Below are positions 31,374 through 42,320 of a stretch of 64,000 nt of DNA, one piece after another. Both the position numbers and the translations under genes were made by a program. Each line of letters starts with the position of its first letter. The stretch's first letter is position 1. Origin of the DNA: an uncultured Nitrospiraceae bacterium (GTDB taxonomy: Bacteria > Nitrospirota > Thermodesulfovibrionia > Thermodesulfovibrionales > UBA6898); assembly GCA_963811165.1 (NCBI GenBank), contig CAWEQH010000010.1, positions 320,001-384,000 of the forward strand. Direction: 5' to 3'. Below the pieces are notes generated by a model, which had not been told where the DNA came from, searched no databases, and saw only the letters and a list, made by a program, of their open reading frames with translations.

Positions 31374-32406
31374 ATCTGACCCCCTTTATTCCCTTTTTGA
31401 TACGTCCTATCATGTAAGACACATAACCCTTCTTCCTTAACTCGTCGATGGCTCTCTTTCCTTCCTTTTCGCTGACGACAACGATTAACCCAAGACCCAA
31501 ATTAAAGGTCCTTTTCATGTCCTCTTCAGGTACATTGCCGGCCCTGCGAATCACCGAAAATATGGCAGGTTCGGGCCAAGACCCCTTTTCAAGCACTGCC
31601 CCGAGACCTTTAGGAAAAATTCTGGGGAGATTCCCGGGAATACCACCTCCAGTAATATGCGCTATTCCTTTCACATCCACCTTATCTTTTATCGCCTGAA
31701 ATGCCTTCACATAGATAGTGGTGGGTTTTAAGAGTTCATCACCCAGTGAAACGCCTATCTCAGGGAGGACTTTATTTGCGCTCATTTGCCTGGAATCAAA
31801 TAAGACCTTCCTCGCCAGGGAGTACCCATTGCTATGGAGCCCGCTTGAAGGAATTCCGATTAACGAGTCCCCGTCCTTAATCCGCCTCCCGTCAATCAGC
31901 TTTCTTCTTTCGACAACTCCGACGGCGAATCCTGAGAGATCATATTCGCCACGCGCGTAAAACCCGGGCATCTCCGCGGTCTCGCCTCCGACAAGCGAAC
32001 AGCCTGCCTCAACACAGCCCCATGCGATGCCTCGTATCACTTCGGCAGCCTTTTCCGGCTTCAACTTGCCGGTGGCAAAATAGTCGAGGAAAAAAAGCGG
32101 CTCTGCCCCACTCGTGAGGATATCATTCACACACATGGCGACAAGGTCGATGCCTACCGTATCGTGCCGGCCGGTCATGAAGGCTATCTTTAGCTTTGTG
32201 CCAACGCCGTCGGTGCCGCTTACGAGAATCGGTTCTTTGTGTTTGAGGGTATCAAGCTTGAAAAAGGCGCCGAAAGAGCCTATGTCAGCCATAACTTCAG
32301 GCCTGAAGGTTCTTCTGACGAGAGGCTTAATTAACCGGACGAACCTCTCTCCCTCGTCAATATCAACACCGGCCTTCTTATAGGTAAGTCTTTTATTTCT
32401 TTCCAT
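31366..32406 (-). CDS. purM: Phosphoribosylformylglycinamidine cyclo-ligase (AIR synthase)
   Basis: TYKKAGVDI, GTDGVGTK, GGETAEMPG, HSNGYSL, HITGGG. Confidence 0.97.
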   Translation of the reverse strand: MERNKRLTYKKAGVDIDEGERFVRLIKPLVRRTFRPEVMADIGSFGAFFKLDTLKHKEPILVSGTDGVGTKLKIAFMTGRHDTVGIDLVAMCVNDILTSGAEPLFFLDYFATGKLKPEKAAEVIRGIAWGCVEAGCSLVGGETAEMPGFYARGEYDLSGFAVGVVERRKLIDGRRIKDGDSLIGIPSSGLHSNGYSLARKVLFDSRQMSANKVLPEIGVSLGDELLKPTTIYVKAFQAIKDKVDVKGIAHITGGGIPGNLPRIFPKGLGAVLEKGSWPEPAIFSVIRRAGNVPEEDMKRTFNLGLGLIVVVSEKEGKRAIDELRKKGYVSYMIGRIKKGIKGVRYA

Positions 32407-32565
32407 AAATCGTCATTGAGGCAGGACGCGTTTTGAACGAGTATATTTTGCACAAAGTCAGGCCAAAGGGCAAGGCAATTCTTACTATGATATTTATGTT
32501 TTTTATTGTGAACCATATACCGGGGACCCTATTTTCGATGAGGCATTTTTTCTGCTAAGATAGGG

Positions 32566-33351
32566 GTGATGTCTCTGATACTTGTAACGAATGACGACGG
32601 CGTGCATTCTCCGGGGATTGTAGCGCTTTACGGGGCGGTAAAACATTTGGGCGACGCCTACATCGTTGCTCCGGACAGGGAGCGTAGCGCAACGGGACAT
32701 TCACTCACCCTTCACCGGCCGCTAAAGGTAACTGAGGTCAGGGACCGGGTATACAGTATTAACGGCACGCCGACTGATTGCGTGACCCTGGGCATTAACA
32801 AGGTCCTGCCCGAAAGACCGGCGCTTGTCGTCTCGGGGATTAACAGAGGGGCCAATCTCGGAGATGACGTAACCTACTCAGGGACCGTCTCTGCGGCGGT
32901 TGAGGGGACCATGTTCGGAATACCCTCCATCGCGTTTTCTCTTGCGGCGGCAAAACACTACCATTTCGATGCGGCATCAGCCATAGCACATTACATCGCC
33001 CAATTTGTCCTGAAACACTCACTTCCCTATGATACGCTGCTGAATGTGAATATACCGAATGTCGATAAAGAAAATATCAGGGGCATCCGGTTTACCAGAC
33101 AAGGGAAACGCGTTTACGACGGGGCGATACAGGAAATGTTTGACCCCTGGGGAGAGAAACATTACTGGATAGGAGGGGGAAAACCATATTGGGAACGCGG
33201 GGAAGATACGGACATAGAAACAGTAGAGGGAGGCTATATTTCGGTGACACCGATACATCTGGACCTCACAAATTACAACGCCCTCTCCTTTTTTAAAGAA
33301 AAATGGTATGGTGACGATATATGGGGACTGAAATCCGATGAAAAAGTTTGA
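32566..33351 (+). CDS. surE: 5'/3'-nucleotidase SurE
   Basis: LVTNDDG, GTPTDCV, SGINRGANLG, YSGTV. Confidence 0.95.
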   Translation: MMSLILVTNDDGVHSPGIVALYGAVKHLGDAYIVAPDRERSATGHSLTLHRPLKVTEVRDRVYSINGTPTDCVTLGINKVLPERPALVVSGINRGANLGDDVTYSGTVSAAVEGTMFGIPSIAFSLAAAKHYHFDAASAIAHYIAQFVLKHSLPYDTLLNVNIPNVDKENIRGIRFTRQGKRVYDGAIQEMFDPWGEKHYWIGGGKPYWERGEDTDIETVEGGYISVTPIHLDLTNYNALSFFKEKWYGDDIWGLKSDEKV

Positions 33352-34717
33352 CGTCATTATTATCGGCGCCGGGCCAGCCGGGATATTCGCGGCGCTCGAA
33401 CTTCTCAAGTCGAATAAAAAACTAGACATTCTCATAATCGAAAAAGGGAAAGATATCGACAAAAGGGCATGCCCTGTAAAGGTCAAAAACATCTCATGTA
33501 CCACTTGTAAGGAGTGCGATCTTCTGAGCGGCTGGGGCGGGGCCGGGGCGTTCAGCGACGGCAAGTTAAGCCTGTCTCCTGAGGTGGGCGGGTTCCTTTC
33601 CCGTTACATGGAAAAGGACGCCGTAAGATCACTGATAGAGTACGTCGATGGACTATATTTGAAGTATGGCGCCCCCGCCGAGATATTCGGTGATAACGCG
33701 GAAGAGATACGGGAATTAGAAAAGCTCGCATCGATGAACAGTCTTGTTCTCATTCCCTCTAAAATTCGGCATATCGGCACCGACAGATGCAGGGTGCTTC
33801 TGAAAAACATCCGCGAAGACATCAGCAACTCTATCGAGACGAGATTTCAGACAGAGGTCCAGGCGGTGATTACCGAAGGTGGCAACTATAGGGGAGTGAA
33901 ACTAAAAGACGGTGCCGAGATCCTTTCCGACTTCCTCGTCCTTGCCCCCGGGCGGGAAGGCTCACGATGGCTCGAGGAAGAGTCCAAGAGGCTCGGGTTT
34001 ACGCTGCTTAAGAACCCGGTTGACATCGGGGTGAGGGTGGAGCTTCCCGCGGCCGTTTTGGAGCCTCTTACGAAGATCACCTACGAGCCGAAACTGCTCT
34101 TTTACTCTAAGAGGTTCGACGACAAGGTAAGGACCTTCTGCGTAAATCCATACGGCGAAGTGGTAAAAGAATACCTTAAGGGCATTTGGACCGTCAACGG
34201 GCACAGCTACGCCGACAGAAGGACAAACAATACGAACTTTGCCGTCCTTGTGAGCACCTACTTCACTGAGCCCTTTGATGAGCCCATCTCCTACGGCAGA
34301 TATATCGCCCAGCTGGCAAACTTTCTGGGGAAGGGAGTAATCGTTCAAAGGCTCGGAGACCTGATGTCTGGCAGACGATCGACGCAAGAACGTATTTCGA
34401 AGGGTATTGTTCAGCCGACCCTGGCCGACGCTACCCCTGGTGACCTGAGTTTCGTCATTCCCTACCGTTATCTTTGCGACATCATGGAGATGCTGGAAGC
34501 GCTGGAGAAAATAGCCCCGGGAGTAAACTCCCGTCATACGCTCCTCTATGGTGTCGAAGTAAAGTTCTACTCCATGCAGTTGAAGCTGACCGACAGGCTC
34601 GAGACCGAGATTGCCAATATATTCGCGGTGGGCGACGGAGCGGGCGTCAGCAGGGGGCTCATACAGGCATCGGCATCGGGGGTCGTGGCAGCCAGAGAGA
34701 TACTCGGCCGTACGTGA
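33338..34717 (+). CDS. FAD-dependent oxidoreductase (uncharacterised dehydrogenase family)
   Basis: IIGAGPAG, Cys cluster before GWGGAGAFSDGKL, VGDGAG. Confidence 0.8.
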   Translation: MKKFDVIIIGAGPAGIFAALELLKSNKKLDILIIEKGKDIDKRACPVKVKNISCTTCKECDLLSGWGGAGAFSDGKLSLSPEVGGFLSRYMEKDAVRSLIEYVDGLYLKYGAPAEIFGDNAEEIRELEKLASMNSLVLIPSKIRHIGTDRCRVLLKNIREDISNSIETRFQTEVQAVITEGGNYRGVKLKDGAEILSDFLVLAPGREGSRWLEEESKRLGFTLLKNPVDIGVRVELPAAVLEPLTKITYEPKLLFYSKRFDDKVRTFCVNPYGEVVKEYLKGIWTVNGHSYADRRTNNTNFAVLVSTYFTEPFDEPISYGRYIAQLANFLGKGVIVQRLGDLMSGRRSTQERISKGIVQPTLADATPGDLSFVIPYRYLCDIMEMLEALEKIAPGVNSRHTLLYGVEVKFYSMQLKLTDRLETEIANIFAVGDGAGVSRGLIQASASGVVAAREILGRT

Positions 34718-34740
34718 TATCTCAGGAGGGCCGTAAAGAA

Positions 34741-35391
34741 ATGTTGGACTACCCAAAACTTAGAGAGGCGATGGTTGAGACTCAGCTGGTGCCAAGAGGC
34801 ATCAGGGACAGGACGGTCCTTGATGCCATGCGCGTTGTTCCCAGGCACCACTTCGTGGACGCCACGGTGCAGCATATGGCCTATGATGACATGGCCCTTC
34901 CCATCGGCGAGGGCCAGACAATCTCGCAGCCCTACATGGTCGCCGTAATGACGGAACTGTTGGCATTGACCGGCAGAGAGAGAGTACTTGAGATCGGCAC
35001 GGGTTCCGGGTATCAGGCCGCAATACTGGCCCGACTCGCAAGAGAGGTTTTTACTATCGAGCGTATCGCGCCTCTTGCGGAAAAGGCGACACAGAGGTTC
35101 CGTGACCTTTCCTACGCCAACATCCATGTAAAGATAGGGGACGGAACCCTGGGGTGGCCGGAGGAAGCGCCTTTCGACAGGATAATCATTACGGCTGCCT
35201 CACCAAAAATACCTGATCCTCTGAAAGAGCAGGTTTCCGAAAACGGTATAATCATTATCCCTGTGGGAAGCAGATACTCCCAGCAGCTTCTGAGGATAAC
35301 GAATACTAAATCAGGATTTGAGGAAGAGTATCACACTCCCTGCGTATTTGTGCCCCTTATCGGAGAACACGGATGGAAAGAAGGAGAATAG
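34741..35391 (+). CDS. pcm: Protein-L-isoaspartate O-methyltransferase
   Basis: GQTISQPY, VLEIGTGSGYQAA, APFDRII, FVPLIG. Confidence 0.95.
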   Translation: MLDYPKLREAMVETQLVPRGIRDRTVLDAMRVVPRHHFVDATVQHMAYDDMALPIGEGQTISQPYMVAVMTELLALTGRERVLEIGTGSGYQAAILARLAREVFTIERIAPLAEKATQRFRDLSYANIHVKIGDGTLGWPEEAPFDRIIITAASPKIPDPLKEQVSENGIIIIPVGSRYSQQLLRITNTKSGFEEEYHTPCVFVPLIGEHGWKEGE

Positions 35392-35402
35392 TTCCGGCCG
35401 GG

Positions 35403-37328
35403 TCAGAGAGACCATCTTTTTAGCCCCCGCTTGATCGTCCGCAGAAGGAGGTTGTATCTCTTTCGCTCTTTCGGGCCCATCTGTCTGCCGCCGAACCTGT
35501 GCTCCTCATAAAGCCTGGTAAATTCTCTCACTTCTCCTTCACACTGAAGTCCTCCCGCTTCATCTACTATCTCCTCCGGCGTTGCCGAAGATGGAAAAAC
35601 GCGGCCTTGCCTTGCCATCGCTTTTTTGAGATCCGCATATTTCCTGCTCACAAGGTCTTGTCGTTTGCGGCTCATCACCTTACGGGCTAAATAGATAAGG
35701 GGGAAGAAAAGCAGCAGAGAAGAAATCAGAAACCAGAAGAGCCGCATTTTTCCAGCCTTGATGAGATAGAGGGCGGGAAACCAAATCAGGACAGCCACAA
35801 ATGTCAGAATTGCCCTTTGGTCCTCGGCCCTGAAGCCTACGACATACCTTGCCCAGCTCATTTTAATCAAATCCAAAAAAAGGGTGATTGTCGGCAGATG
35901 CTGCGGGGGGACAAACGGCGTCGGGTCAAATCTCGTCCATTTGTCGTCAATCAACGCCTCGACCCATGAATGGGCGTCGCTCTGCCTCACTAAAATGTAT
36001 CCCCCGTATTTGTTTGTTTCACCCCCGTAGAAGCCATTGACTATCCTGGAGGGGATACCCACTCCCCGCAACATCAGCACCATGGACGAAGCGTAATATT
36101 CGCAGAACCCTTTCTTCGAATAAAACAGAAAATCCTCGATGGGGCTAACCCCTTCTTTGGGATGAGAAACAGCCAACGAGTAAGCATAATTCTTCTTCAG
36201 GTAGCGCTCGATCAAGACCGCCCTCTCCCGGTCCGTCCTGCTCGCCGAGGTAATATTGCGTGCAAGGCGCTGTACCCTTTCCAGTCCGGGGGGCAACTGA
36301 AGATACCTGGAATCCCTGACACCCGGGACCGCGCCGCTTACAATGCTATAGACGGTATAAGAAGCCCTCCTCCCCGCCTTCCGGGGCAAAAATACAGCTT
36401 CCTCACGGTCGGTCCTGACAAAAAAAGAATCGACCTTTATCCCCTTTATTTCCGAAAGTCCAAAGATGATGTCCGAATCGATCGGCTCGAGGTATATCCG
36501 CTGTTCGACCGCCGCATCTTTGTCGTAACGGCCCAGAACATACTCATCTCCGACTTTCAGGACCCTGTTCCTGTCGGGCATAGTATTTCGCCACAACGCG
36601 CCATCAAAATAATCCAGTGACATGCCGCGCCAGTAATAAGGGGGGAGAAGGTCTCCCGCCAACTCAATCCTCATCACAACCGACGGATCAAGCTTTATTT
36701 CACCCATAGAACCGAAATCTACCCGGTCAGCAAAGCCCGACGTTCTCATCCCTTTGCCGTGACTACTTCCGAAAAAAGTAAGGGCTGCCCTCGGCAGGGC
36801 CAGAAAAAGGCTCACCGTCAATAAAAGTGATATCGCAGAAATGAGGGCCACAGGTCTTAACAACCTGACCCTCCCTAGTTGTCCTTCTTTGACAAAATGG
36901 GAATAAACCATCGCCGCGACAAGCGCAACCAGGAACGCGATAAAGAAAATTGCGAAGAGGATCGACTGTGAAAGTTCCGATGCAATCACCATCTGAAGGA
37001 GCGACATAAAGTAAACCTGCAGGTGGTCCCAGGGTTCTTTAAGGTCGTAACTTTTTATCGCCTGAAATGTTATCGTGAGATGCCCAACCGCGAGAAAAAC
37101 GTCACCGAAAATAAACGAATCGAACAGGAAAACAGCAAGCGTCAGTACAGAGCACGCCCCGATAACCCATCCCGGCGCTGCCCCTTTTCCCTTCAAAAAA
37201 CGGTAATAACCCGGGATTATCGCTATGCCTCCTGCGGCCATGAACGGATTTAACTCGCCGGTAATGACGAGGCCAAGACAGCCGGTGAGACCGAGAAAAG
37301 CGGTAAGAAATTTATACGTCCTCGGCAT
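35403..37328 (-). CDS. Membrane transglutaminase-like protein (TgpA/DUF3488 type)
   Basis: N-terminal TM segments, YYWRG, triad GFCEYYA / AHSWVE / FDPTP. Confidence 0.88.
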   Translation of the reverse strand: MPRTYKFLTAFLGLTGCLGLVITGELNPFMAAGGIAIIPGYYRFLKGKGAAPGWVIGACSVLTLAVFLFDSFIFGDVFLAVGHLTITFQAIKSYDLKEPWDHLQVYFMSLLQMVIASELSQSILFAIFFIAFLVALVAAMVYSHFVKEGQLGRVRLLRPVALISAISLLLTVSLFLALPRAALTFFGSSHGKGMRTSGFADRVDFGSMGEIKLDPSVVMRIELAGDLLPPYYWRGMSLDYFDGALWRNTMPDRNRVLKVGDEYVLGRYDKDAAVEQRIYLEPIDSDIIFGLSEIKGIKVDSFFVRTDREEAVFLPRKAGRRASYTVYSIVSGAVPGVRDSRYLQLPPGLERVQRLARNITSASRTDRERAVLIERYLKKNYAYSLAVSHPKEGVSPIEDFLFYSKKGFCEYYASSMVLMLRGVGIPSRIVNGFYGGETNKYGGYILVRQSDAHSWVEALIDDKWTRFDPTPFVPPQHLPTITLFLDLIKMSWARYVVGFRAEDQRAILTFVAVLIWFPALYLIKAGKMRLFWFLISSLLLFFPLIYLARKVMSRKRQDLVSRKYADLKKAMARQGRVFPSSATPEEIVDEAGGLQCEGEVREFTRLYEEHRFGGRQMGPKERKRYNLLLRTIKRGLKRWSL

Positions 37329-38313
37329 AAAATACCATACCACCCACCCCTTGATACGCGCTGCACGAAGTCTCCCGGGACTTACATACAGTCACGATGA
37401 ATCCATTAGCGTCGCTGATCGGACTGTCCCACCCATCCTCCTCACCGACCACAGCGAGAAAATCCAGGATTTTGAAGAAATGCTCCTCGCCGCTCCCAAA
37501 GGGCACTGCCTCCCGGCACGAAACTACCCTGACCAGGCAATCTCGCGCGAGAAAATCTCGCGCAAGGGAGGCCGCCAGAGACACCGCCATCTCGAATAAT
37601 TCTCCGCCCTCCGGAAGGCGGTTGTCGAGGACTATCGTCACTCTCACGCCTTGGTACTCTGCATATTCCCTGACAAAATAAATTCCTCTTTTCGCAGACG
37701 CCTTCCAGTGGATTCTTCTCCAGTCGTCGCCTTCTCTGAATTCACGAAGGGAATAAATGTCGTCCCCGACGCCCGAAAGACTCAAGACCTCCGTCATCTC
37801 CCCACCTGCAATTTGCTCGGGAGTAACCGTGACATCACTAAGGGCGGGATACACAAGGACCGAAGCATTAACCTTTATCTTCCTCTCCCCGCTCATAAGA
37901 ATAAAGGGGAAGCCGCTCTCAACGCGAAAGTCCCCGTATTGGTAAAGGCCCCTCTTTCGGAATGTAATTCTCACATCGTTTTCAACTGCCCGTAATGGGG
38001 GTATCACCTGGCAGTAAGCCGGAACCGGGGAACCGGACACGCTGCATTTCACAGAGTAGGAAGATACCAGACGTTTTTCGTTTCTCAGAAGGAGCGTCAT
38101 GGAGGTTTCTTCACCCGCAAATACGGTCGGACTGCCGATAATTTCAAGAGAAAGACCGGAGAGGTTCACCTTTGCCAATACCATCGAAAGAATAAGGAAG
38201 GAGAACATAAGCGAGAGAATAAGATAAATAAGATTGTTCCCGGTATTGAGTGCAGCCACTGCAATCAGGAAGGAAGCTACCGCAAACCGCTTTCCTTCCC
38301 TTGTTGCTTTCAT
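37312..38313 (-). CDS. DUF58 domain protein
   Basis: LREFREGDDWRRIHWKASA, N-terminal TM hairpin. Confidence 0.88.
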   Translation of the reverse strand: MKATREGKRFAVASFLIAVAALNTGNNLIYLILSLMFSFLILSMVLAKVNLSGLSLEIIGSPTVFAGEETSMTLLLRNEKRLVSSYSVKCSVSGSPVPAYCQVIPPLRAVENDVRITFRKRGLYQYGDFRVESGFPFILMSGERKIKVNASVLVYPALSDVTVTPEQIAGGEMTEVLSLSGVGDDIYSLREFREGDDWRRIHWKASAKRGIYFVREYAEYQGVRVTIVLDNRLPEGGELFEMAVSLAASLARDFLARDCLVRVVSCREAVPFGSGEEHFFKILDFLAVVGEEDGWDSPISDANGFIVTVCKSRETSCSAYQGVGGMVFYAEDV

Positions 38314-38318
38314 ATGCG

Positions 38319-39254
38319 TCACACAGGTACCGCCACCTTTTCGACGATCTCCCGCACAAGCCGCTCCGCATCAGAAAAATATTTCTTATTCTTCAGAATA
38401 AGCCTGTGTCCGAGAAGAAGCGGCGCGAGTTTCTTAACATCGCCCGGTACCGCATACTCTCTTCCCTCATAATAGGCGTGAGCCCTCACTGCACCAAGAA
38501 AAAACTGGGCTCCTCTGGTACTTGCGCCGAGTCTGACCCTGTCATCTTTGCGGGTGCAGGCGACGATCTCCATCAAATAGTCTACCAGACTGTCTTCCAC
38601 AGTCACTTTGTCCGCTTCTTGCTGCATCCTAAGGATCTCATGTCTCGATATCACGGGCACTACTTTTTCGAGCAGGCGGAAGCTGGGTTTTTCAAGCACT
38701 GCGAGCCTTTCGTATTCCGGAGCGGGATACCCAAGTGTGATACGCATCATGAAACGGTCAAGCTGACTCTCCGGCAGAGGGAATGTGCCGTGATACTCCA
38801 CCGGGTTCTGTGTGGCGATGACCATGAATGGTTCGGGGAGCCTGAAGGTCTTTTTCTCAACCGTTACCTTTTTCTCATTCATTGCCTCAAGCAAAGCAGA
38901 CTGGGTCTTCGGGTTTGTTCTATTGATCTCATCTGCAAGTATTATGTTGCAAAAAAGAGGGCCGGTTTTGAATTCAAACTCCTTTGTATCCTGGCTATAA
39001 ATGCTGACGCCTATAATGTCTGACGGCATCATATCACTGGTAAACTGTATCCTCTGAAACGTACAATCCGTGGCCTTTGCCAGGGCAAAGGCCAGGGTCG
39101 TCTTCCCGACCCCTGGAACATCCTCGATGAGCAAGTTGCCCCTCCCCAAAAGACATACGATAGCCATTTTAACCGCCGTATCTTTGCCTTTGAGCACCGC
39201 GCTAATCTGGCCGCTCAGTTGCTTTAAAGCAGGATTTGTCATATGATTATTCAT
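38319..39254 (-). CDS. MoxR-family AAA+ ATPase
   Basis: EDVPGVGKT, RIQFTSD, ADEINR, ATQNP, LPESQLDRF. Confidence 0.93.
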   Translation of the reverse strand: MNNHMTNPALKQLSGQISAVLKGKDTAVKMAIVCLLGRGNLLIEDVPGVGKTTLAFALAKATDCTFQRIQFTSDMMPSDIIGVSIYSQDTKEFEFKTGPLFCNIILADEINRTNPKTQSALLEAMNEKKVTVEKKTFRLPEPFMVIATQNPVEYHGTFPLPESQLDRFMMRITLGYPAPEYERLAVLEKPSFRLLEKVVPVISRHEILRMQQEADKVTVEDSLVDYLMEIVACTRKDDRVRLGASTRGAQFFLGAVRAHAYYEGREYAVPGDVKKLAPLLLGHRLILKNKKYFSDAERLVREIVEKVAVPV

Positions 39255-39286
39255 ACTACTTTATATTATACATAGGAGCGGTTACC

Positions 39287-39814
39287 GTGTGTTCTGTTAA
39301 GGGCGATTTGTCCATGATGTGCCTTACGGATCTCCTTCAGTGGGGAGAACTCTATGGCAAAGCCGGCACGATCATCGTAAAAGGAAACGGGGTTGAGAAA
39401 AAGATATATCTGGAGGGAGGCAAGATCGTTTTCGTTTCTTCATCCAAGGACGGAGAACGACTCGGTGAGTACCTTCATAGGGGATCTCATATAGACCTCG
39501 ATAAAATCAAGACTGCCCTGCTCCAGGCCCAGAGCATGAAAATTCCGTTCACTCAGAGGCTGCTTAAGATGAACTATTTCACCCCCGCAGGGCTCCGAAG
39601 CGTAATCGAAAAGCACGCAATGGAGATATTACTCGATGCCGCCAGGTGGACTGCCGGCACCTTCGATTTTATTCAGGGAGAACTCCCTTCCGACGTCCTT
39701 ACGGGACCTGTCAAACTCAACGCCTCCGAACTTATCCACGATATGCTTAAGCTGCTTGAAAATTCACGGGCGGGGTTGAGGAAAAATATTTCATACTTCT
39801 ATATAATAAAATAA
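39287..39814 (+). CDS. DUF4388 (PATAN-like) domain protein
   Basis: KGDLSMMCLTDLLQW...GTI...IYLEGGKIVFV, RLGEYL, WTAGTFDF; GTG start after AGGAG. Confidence 0.75.
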   Translation: MCSVKGDLSMMCLTDLLQWGELYGKAGTIIVKGNGVEKKIYLEGGKIVFVSSSKDGERLGEYLHRGSHIDLDKIKTALLQAQSMKIPFTQRLLKMNYFTPAGLRSVIEKHAMEILLDAARWTAGTFDFIQGELPSDVLTGPVKLNASELIHDMLKLLENSRAGLRKNISYFYIIK

Positions 39815-39891
39815 TTTTTTGGTGGGAGAACATCATTCTTACCCCCGAAAAAGGTTGTCTTGCGGAGTGTGATTAAGGAGGTTTTATTTCT

Positions 39892-41265
39892 GTGAAAAAG
39901 CCCTGGTCCGGAAGGTTTACCAATAAGACATCGGCCATAGTCGAATCCTTTTCGGAATCTGTTTCCTTTGATAAGAGACTTTGGCGACACGACATCGAAG
40001 GCAGCATCGTCCACGCCATGATGCTCGGCAGACAGGGTATCATTACGTCAAAAGAAGCCGAAATAATCGCAAAGGGACTTCGGGAGATCGCATCTGACAT
40101 TGAACAGGGGAGATTCAGATTCAGCGAGGGGCTTGAGGACATTCACATGAATATCGAAGCGGCCCTTATAAAGAAGACAGGCGCCGTGGGGAAAAAATTG
40201 CACACCGCCAGGTCCAGAAACGATCAGATCGCACTCGACATGCGTCTTTATCTGAGGGAAGAGACGAAAGAGATACTCGCGTTGATAAAGAAGTTCCAAA
40301 AGACGCTCCTTGAGATAGCCCGACGGCACCTGAATACTGTCATGCCCGGTTTTACCCATACGCAGCGTGCACAGCCTGTTTTGTTGTCCCACCACCTGCT
40401 GGCCTACGTAGAGATGCTGCAAAGGGACAGAGGGCGATTTGAAGATTGTACAAAACGGATAAACAGCCTGCCGCTGGGTTCATGTGCACTTGCGGGAACT
40501 ACGCTTCCGATCGACAGGGGATATGTTGCAAAGGCCCTCGGGTTCGACACCGTCTCCGGCAACAGCATCGATGCAGTTTCGGACAGGGATTTTGCCCTGG
40601 AATTTCTTGCGTGCGCCTCCATTACCGCCACTCATCTGTCTCGTCTTGCCGAGGAACTCATACTCTGGTCTACAGAGGAATTCGGGATGATCGAGATATC
40701 CGATGCGTTTACGACGGGTTCGAGCATAATGCCCCAGAAAAAAAATCCTGACGTCGCTGAACTGGTCAGAGGCAAGACGGGCAGAGTATTCGGCGATCTG
40801 GTCTCGCTCCTTACGCTCATGAAGGGCCTTCCGCTTTCCTATAACCGTGATATGCAGGAAGACAAGCCGCCGGTCTTCGATGCGGTCGACACGCTGAAGT
40901 CTTGTTTGTCTGTGAGCGACGCGATGCTGCCGGAGATTACGTTTGTGACCGAAAGGATGCGCGCGACCGCCGGCAAGGGGTATTCGACCGCGACCGACCT
41001 TGCAGAATATCTCGTAAAAAAGGGGGTCCCTTTTAGGGAAGCCCACGAAATTACCGGCAAGATCGTGCTTTACTGCATCGGCAATAAGAAGGAACTGCAG
41101 TCCCTTACCCTTAAGGAATTAAGGTCATTTTCGCGCGTTTTCTCCGAAGACGTCTTTAAGGCCCTTGACCCCTTCGAGTCGGTGAAGGCAAGGTCTTCAT
41201 ACGGAGGGACCGCCCCTTCCGAGGTTATGAGACAGATAAGCTACTTCCGGAAAATTCTCAGATAA
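39892..41265 (+). CDS. argH: Argininosuccinate lyase
   Basis: WSGRF, EDIH, HTARSRNDQ, GSSIMPQKKNPD. Confidence 0.97.
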   Translation: MKKPWSGRFTNKTSAIVESFSESVSFDKRLWRHDIEGSIVHAMMLGRQGIITSKEAEIIAKGLREIASDIEQGRFRFSEGLEDIHMNIEAALIKKTGAVGKKLHTARSRNDQIALDMRLYLREETKEILALIKKFQKTLLEIARRHLNTVMPGFTHTQRAQPVLLSHHLLAYVEMLQRDRGRFEDCTKRINSLPLGSCALAGTTLPIDRGYVAKALGFDTVSGNSIDAVSDRDFALEFLACASITATHLSRLAEELILWSTEEFGMIEISDAFTTGSSIMPQKKNPDVAELVRGKTGRVFGDLVSLLTLMKGLPLSYNRDMQEDKPPVFDAVDTLKSCLSVSDAMLPEITFVTERMRATAGKGYSTATDLAEYLVKKGVPFREAHEITGKIVLYCIGNKKELQSLTLKELRSFSRVFSEDVFKALDPFESVKARSSYGGTAPSEVMRQISYFRKILR

Positions 41266-41266
41266 G

Positions 41267-42241
41267 ATGGACCTAACGAAGAGATATCCCGGCTCCGACA
41301 GAGGTCATTTGCGGTTCTTCTTCCCGATTTTGCTCACCCTTACCTTCCTTTTTGTTCCGGCGTGCGGCAAAAAAGGCGCACCGACCCTTGCTTCCTATGA
41401 GAAGCCTGCGGCCCCATCACTCCTCAGTGTATCGCAGAGGGAAGAGGGGATGGTTCTCTCATGGAGCTATCCGACTGACAGGGAAAGAGCAATCTCGGAC
41501 TTTATCGTATTGAGGTCGTCCGCTTCCGGTTTTGAGAAAATTGCCCTGCTGGAGAGCAAGTTCCGGACCTTTACGGATACCGACGTGAGAAAAGGCATGT
41601 CCTACACGTATAAGGTCGTGGCCCGCAACCAAAGGGGTGTGTTGAGCTCAGATTCAAATCTCGTCTCTGAGATCGTCGTGACGCTCCCGGGGCCGCCTGA
41701 GAATATCTCATGGAATGTCAGCGGCGGTTCGCTCTTGCTTTCGTGGGGAGTGACGGGGAAAGGCATTATGTATAACGTATATAAGTCCCTTGAAAAGGGG
41801 GTATACTCCCTGACGCCGGTAAATAAATCTCCCCTGTCGGAGAATTTTTTCAGGGACGAGTTCTCTCCCGTCCGGACGGTATATTACACTCTTCGGAGCC
41901 TGACCAAAAATGAAGTCGTGGCAGAGGGACCGCCATCACAAGAAATAGTCGTAAACCCTCGGGATCTCGTACCTCTGGCCCCTCAAGAAGTCCGTTATTT
42001 TGCAGCGCCCGACAGAATCTATCTTTACTGGAAAGAACCGGATGCCTCATGGATTACGGGCTTTAGGATATACAGAAAATTCGAAGCCGGAGAATTTGCG
42101 TTGGTCGCCGAGACCCAGATACCCTCTTTTTTGGACAAGGATGCTCCGTCGAAAAAAAGGGATTACCGTATTGCTGCCGTGGGCCCGGCAAAGGAGGGAC
42201 CTGCCGCTGAAATCAATGGGGTCCTGTTTGTGCCGCAATGA
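41267..42241 (+). CDS. Fibronectin type III lipoprotein
   Basis: Lipobox PACGKKGAP, three Fn3-like repeats. Confidence 0.75.
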   Translation: MDLTKRYPGSDRGHLRFFFPILLTLTFLFVPACGKKGAPTLASYEKPAAPSLLSVSQREEGMVLSWSYPTDRERAISDFIVLRSSASGFEKIALLESKFRTFTDTDVRKGMSYTYKVVARNQRGVLSSDSNLVSEIVVTLPGPPENISWNVSGGSLLLSWGVTGKGIMYNVYKSLEKGVYSLTPVNKSPLSENFFRDEFSPVRTVYYTLRSLTKNEVVAEGPPSQEIVVNPRDLVPLAPQEVRYFAAPDRIYLYWKEPDASWITGFRIYRKFEAGEFALVAETQIPSFLDKDAPSKKRDYRIAAVGPAKEGPAAEINGVLFVPQ

Positions 42242-42320
42242 AGCGTAAGACTCCGCATCGCAAGAAGAAGAAATAAAAAAAATGCTTGCTTTAATATACA
42301 CGTAAGAAATATTTTAATGT

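Noticed and set aside
35403..39254. MoxR-DUF58-transglutaminase operon as a novel system
   Set aside because: Well-known, widespread gene triad
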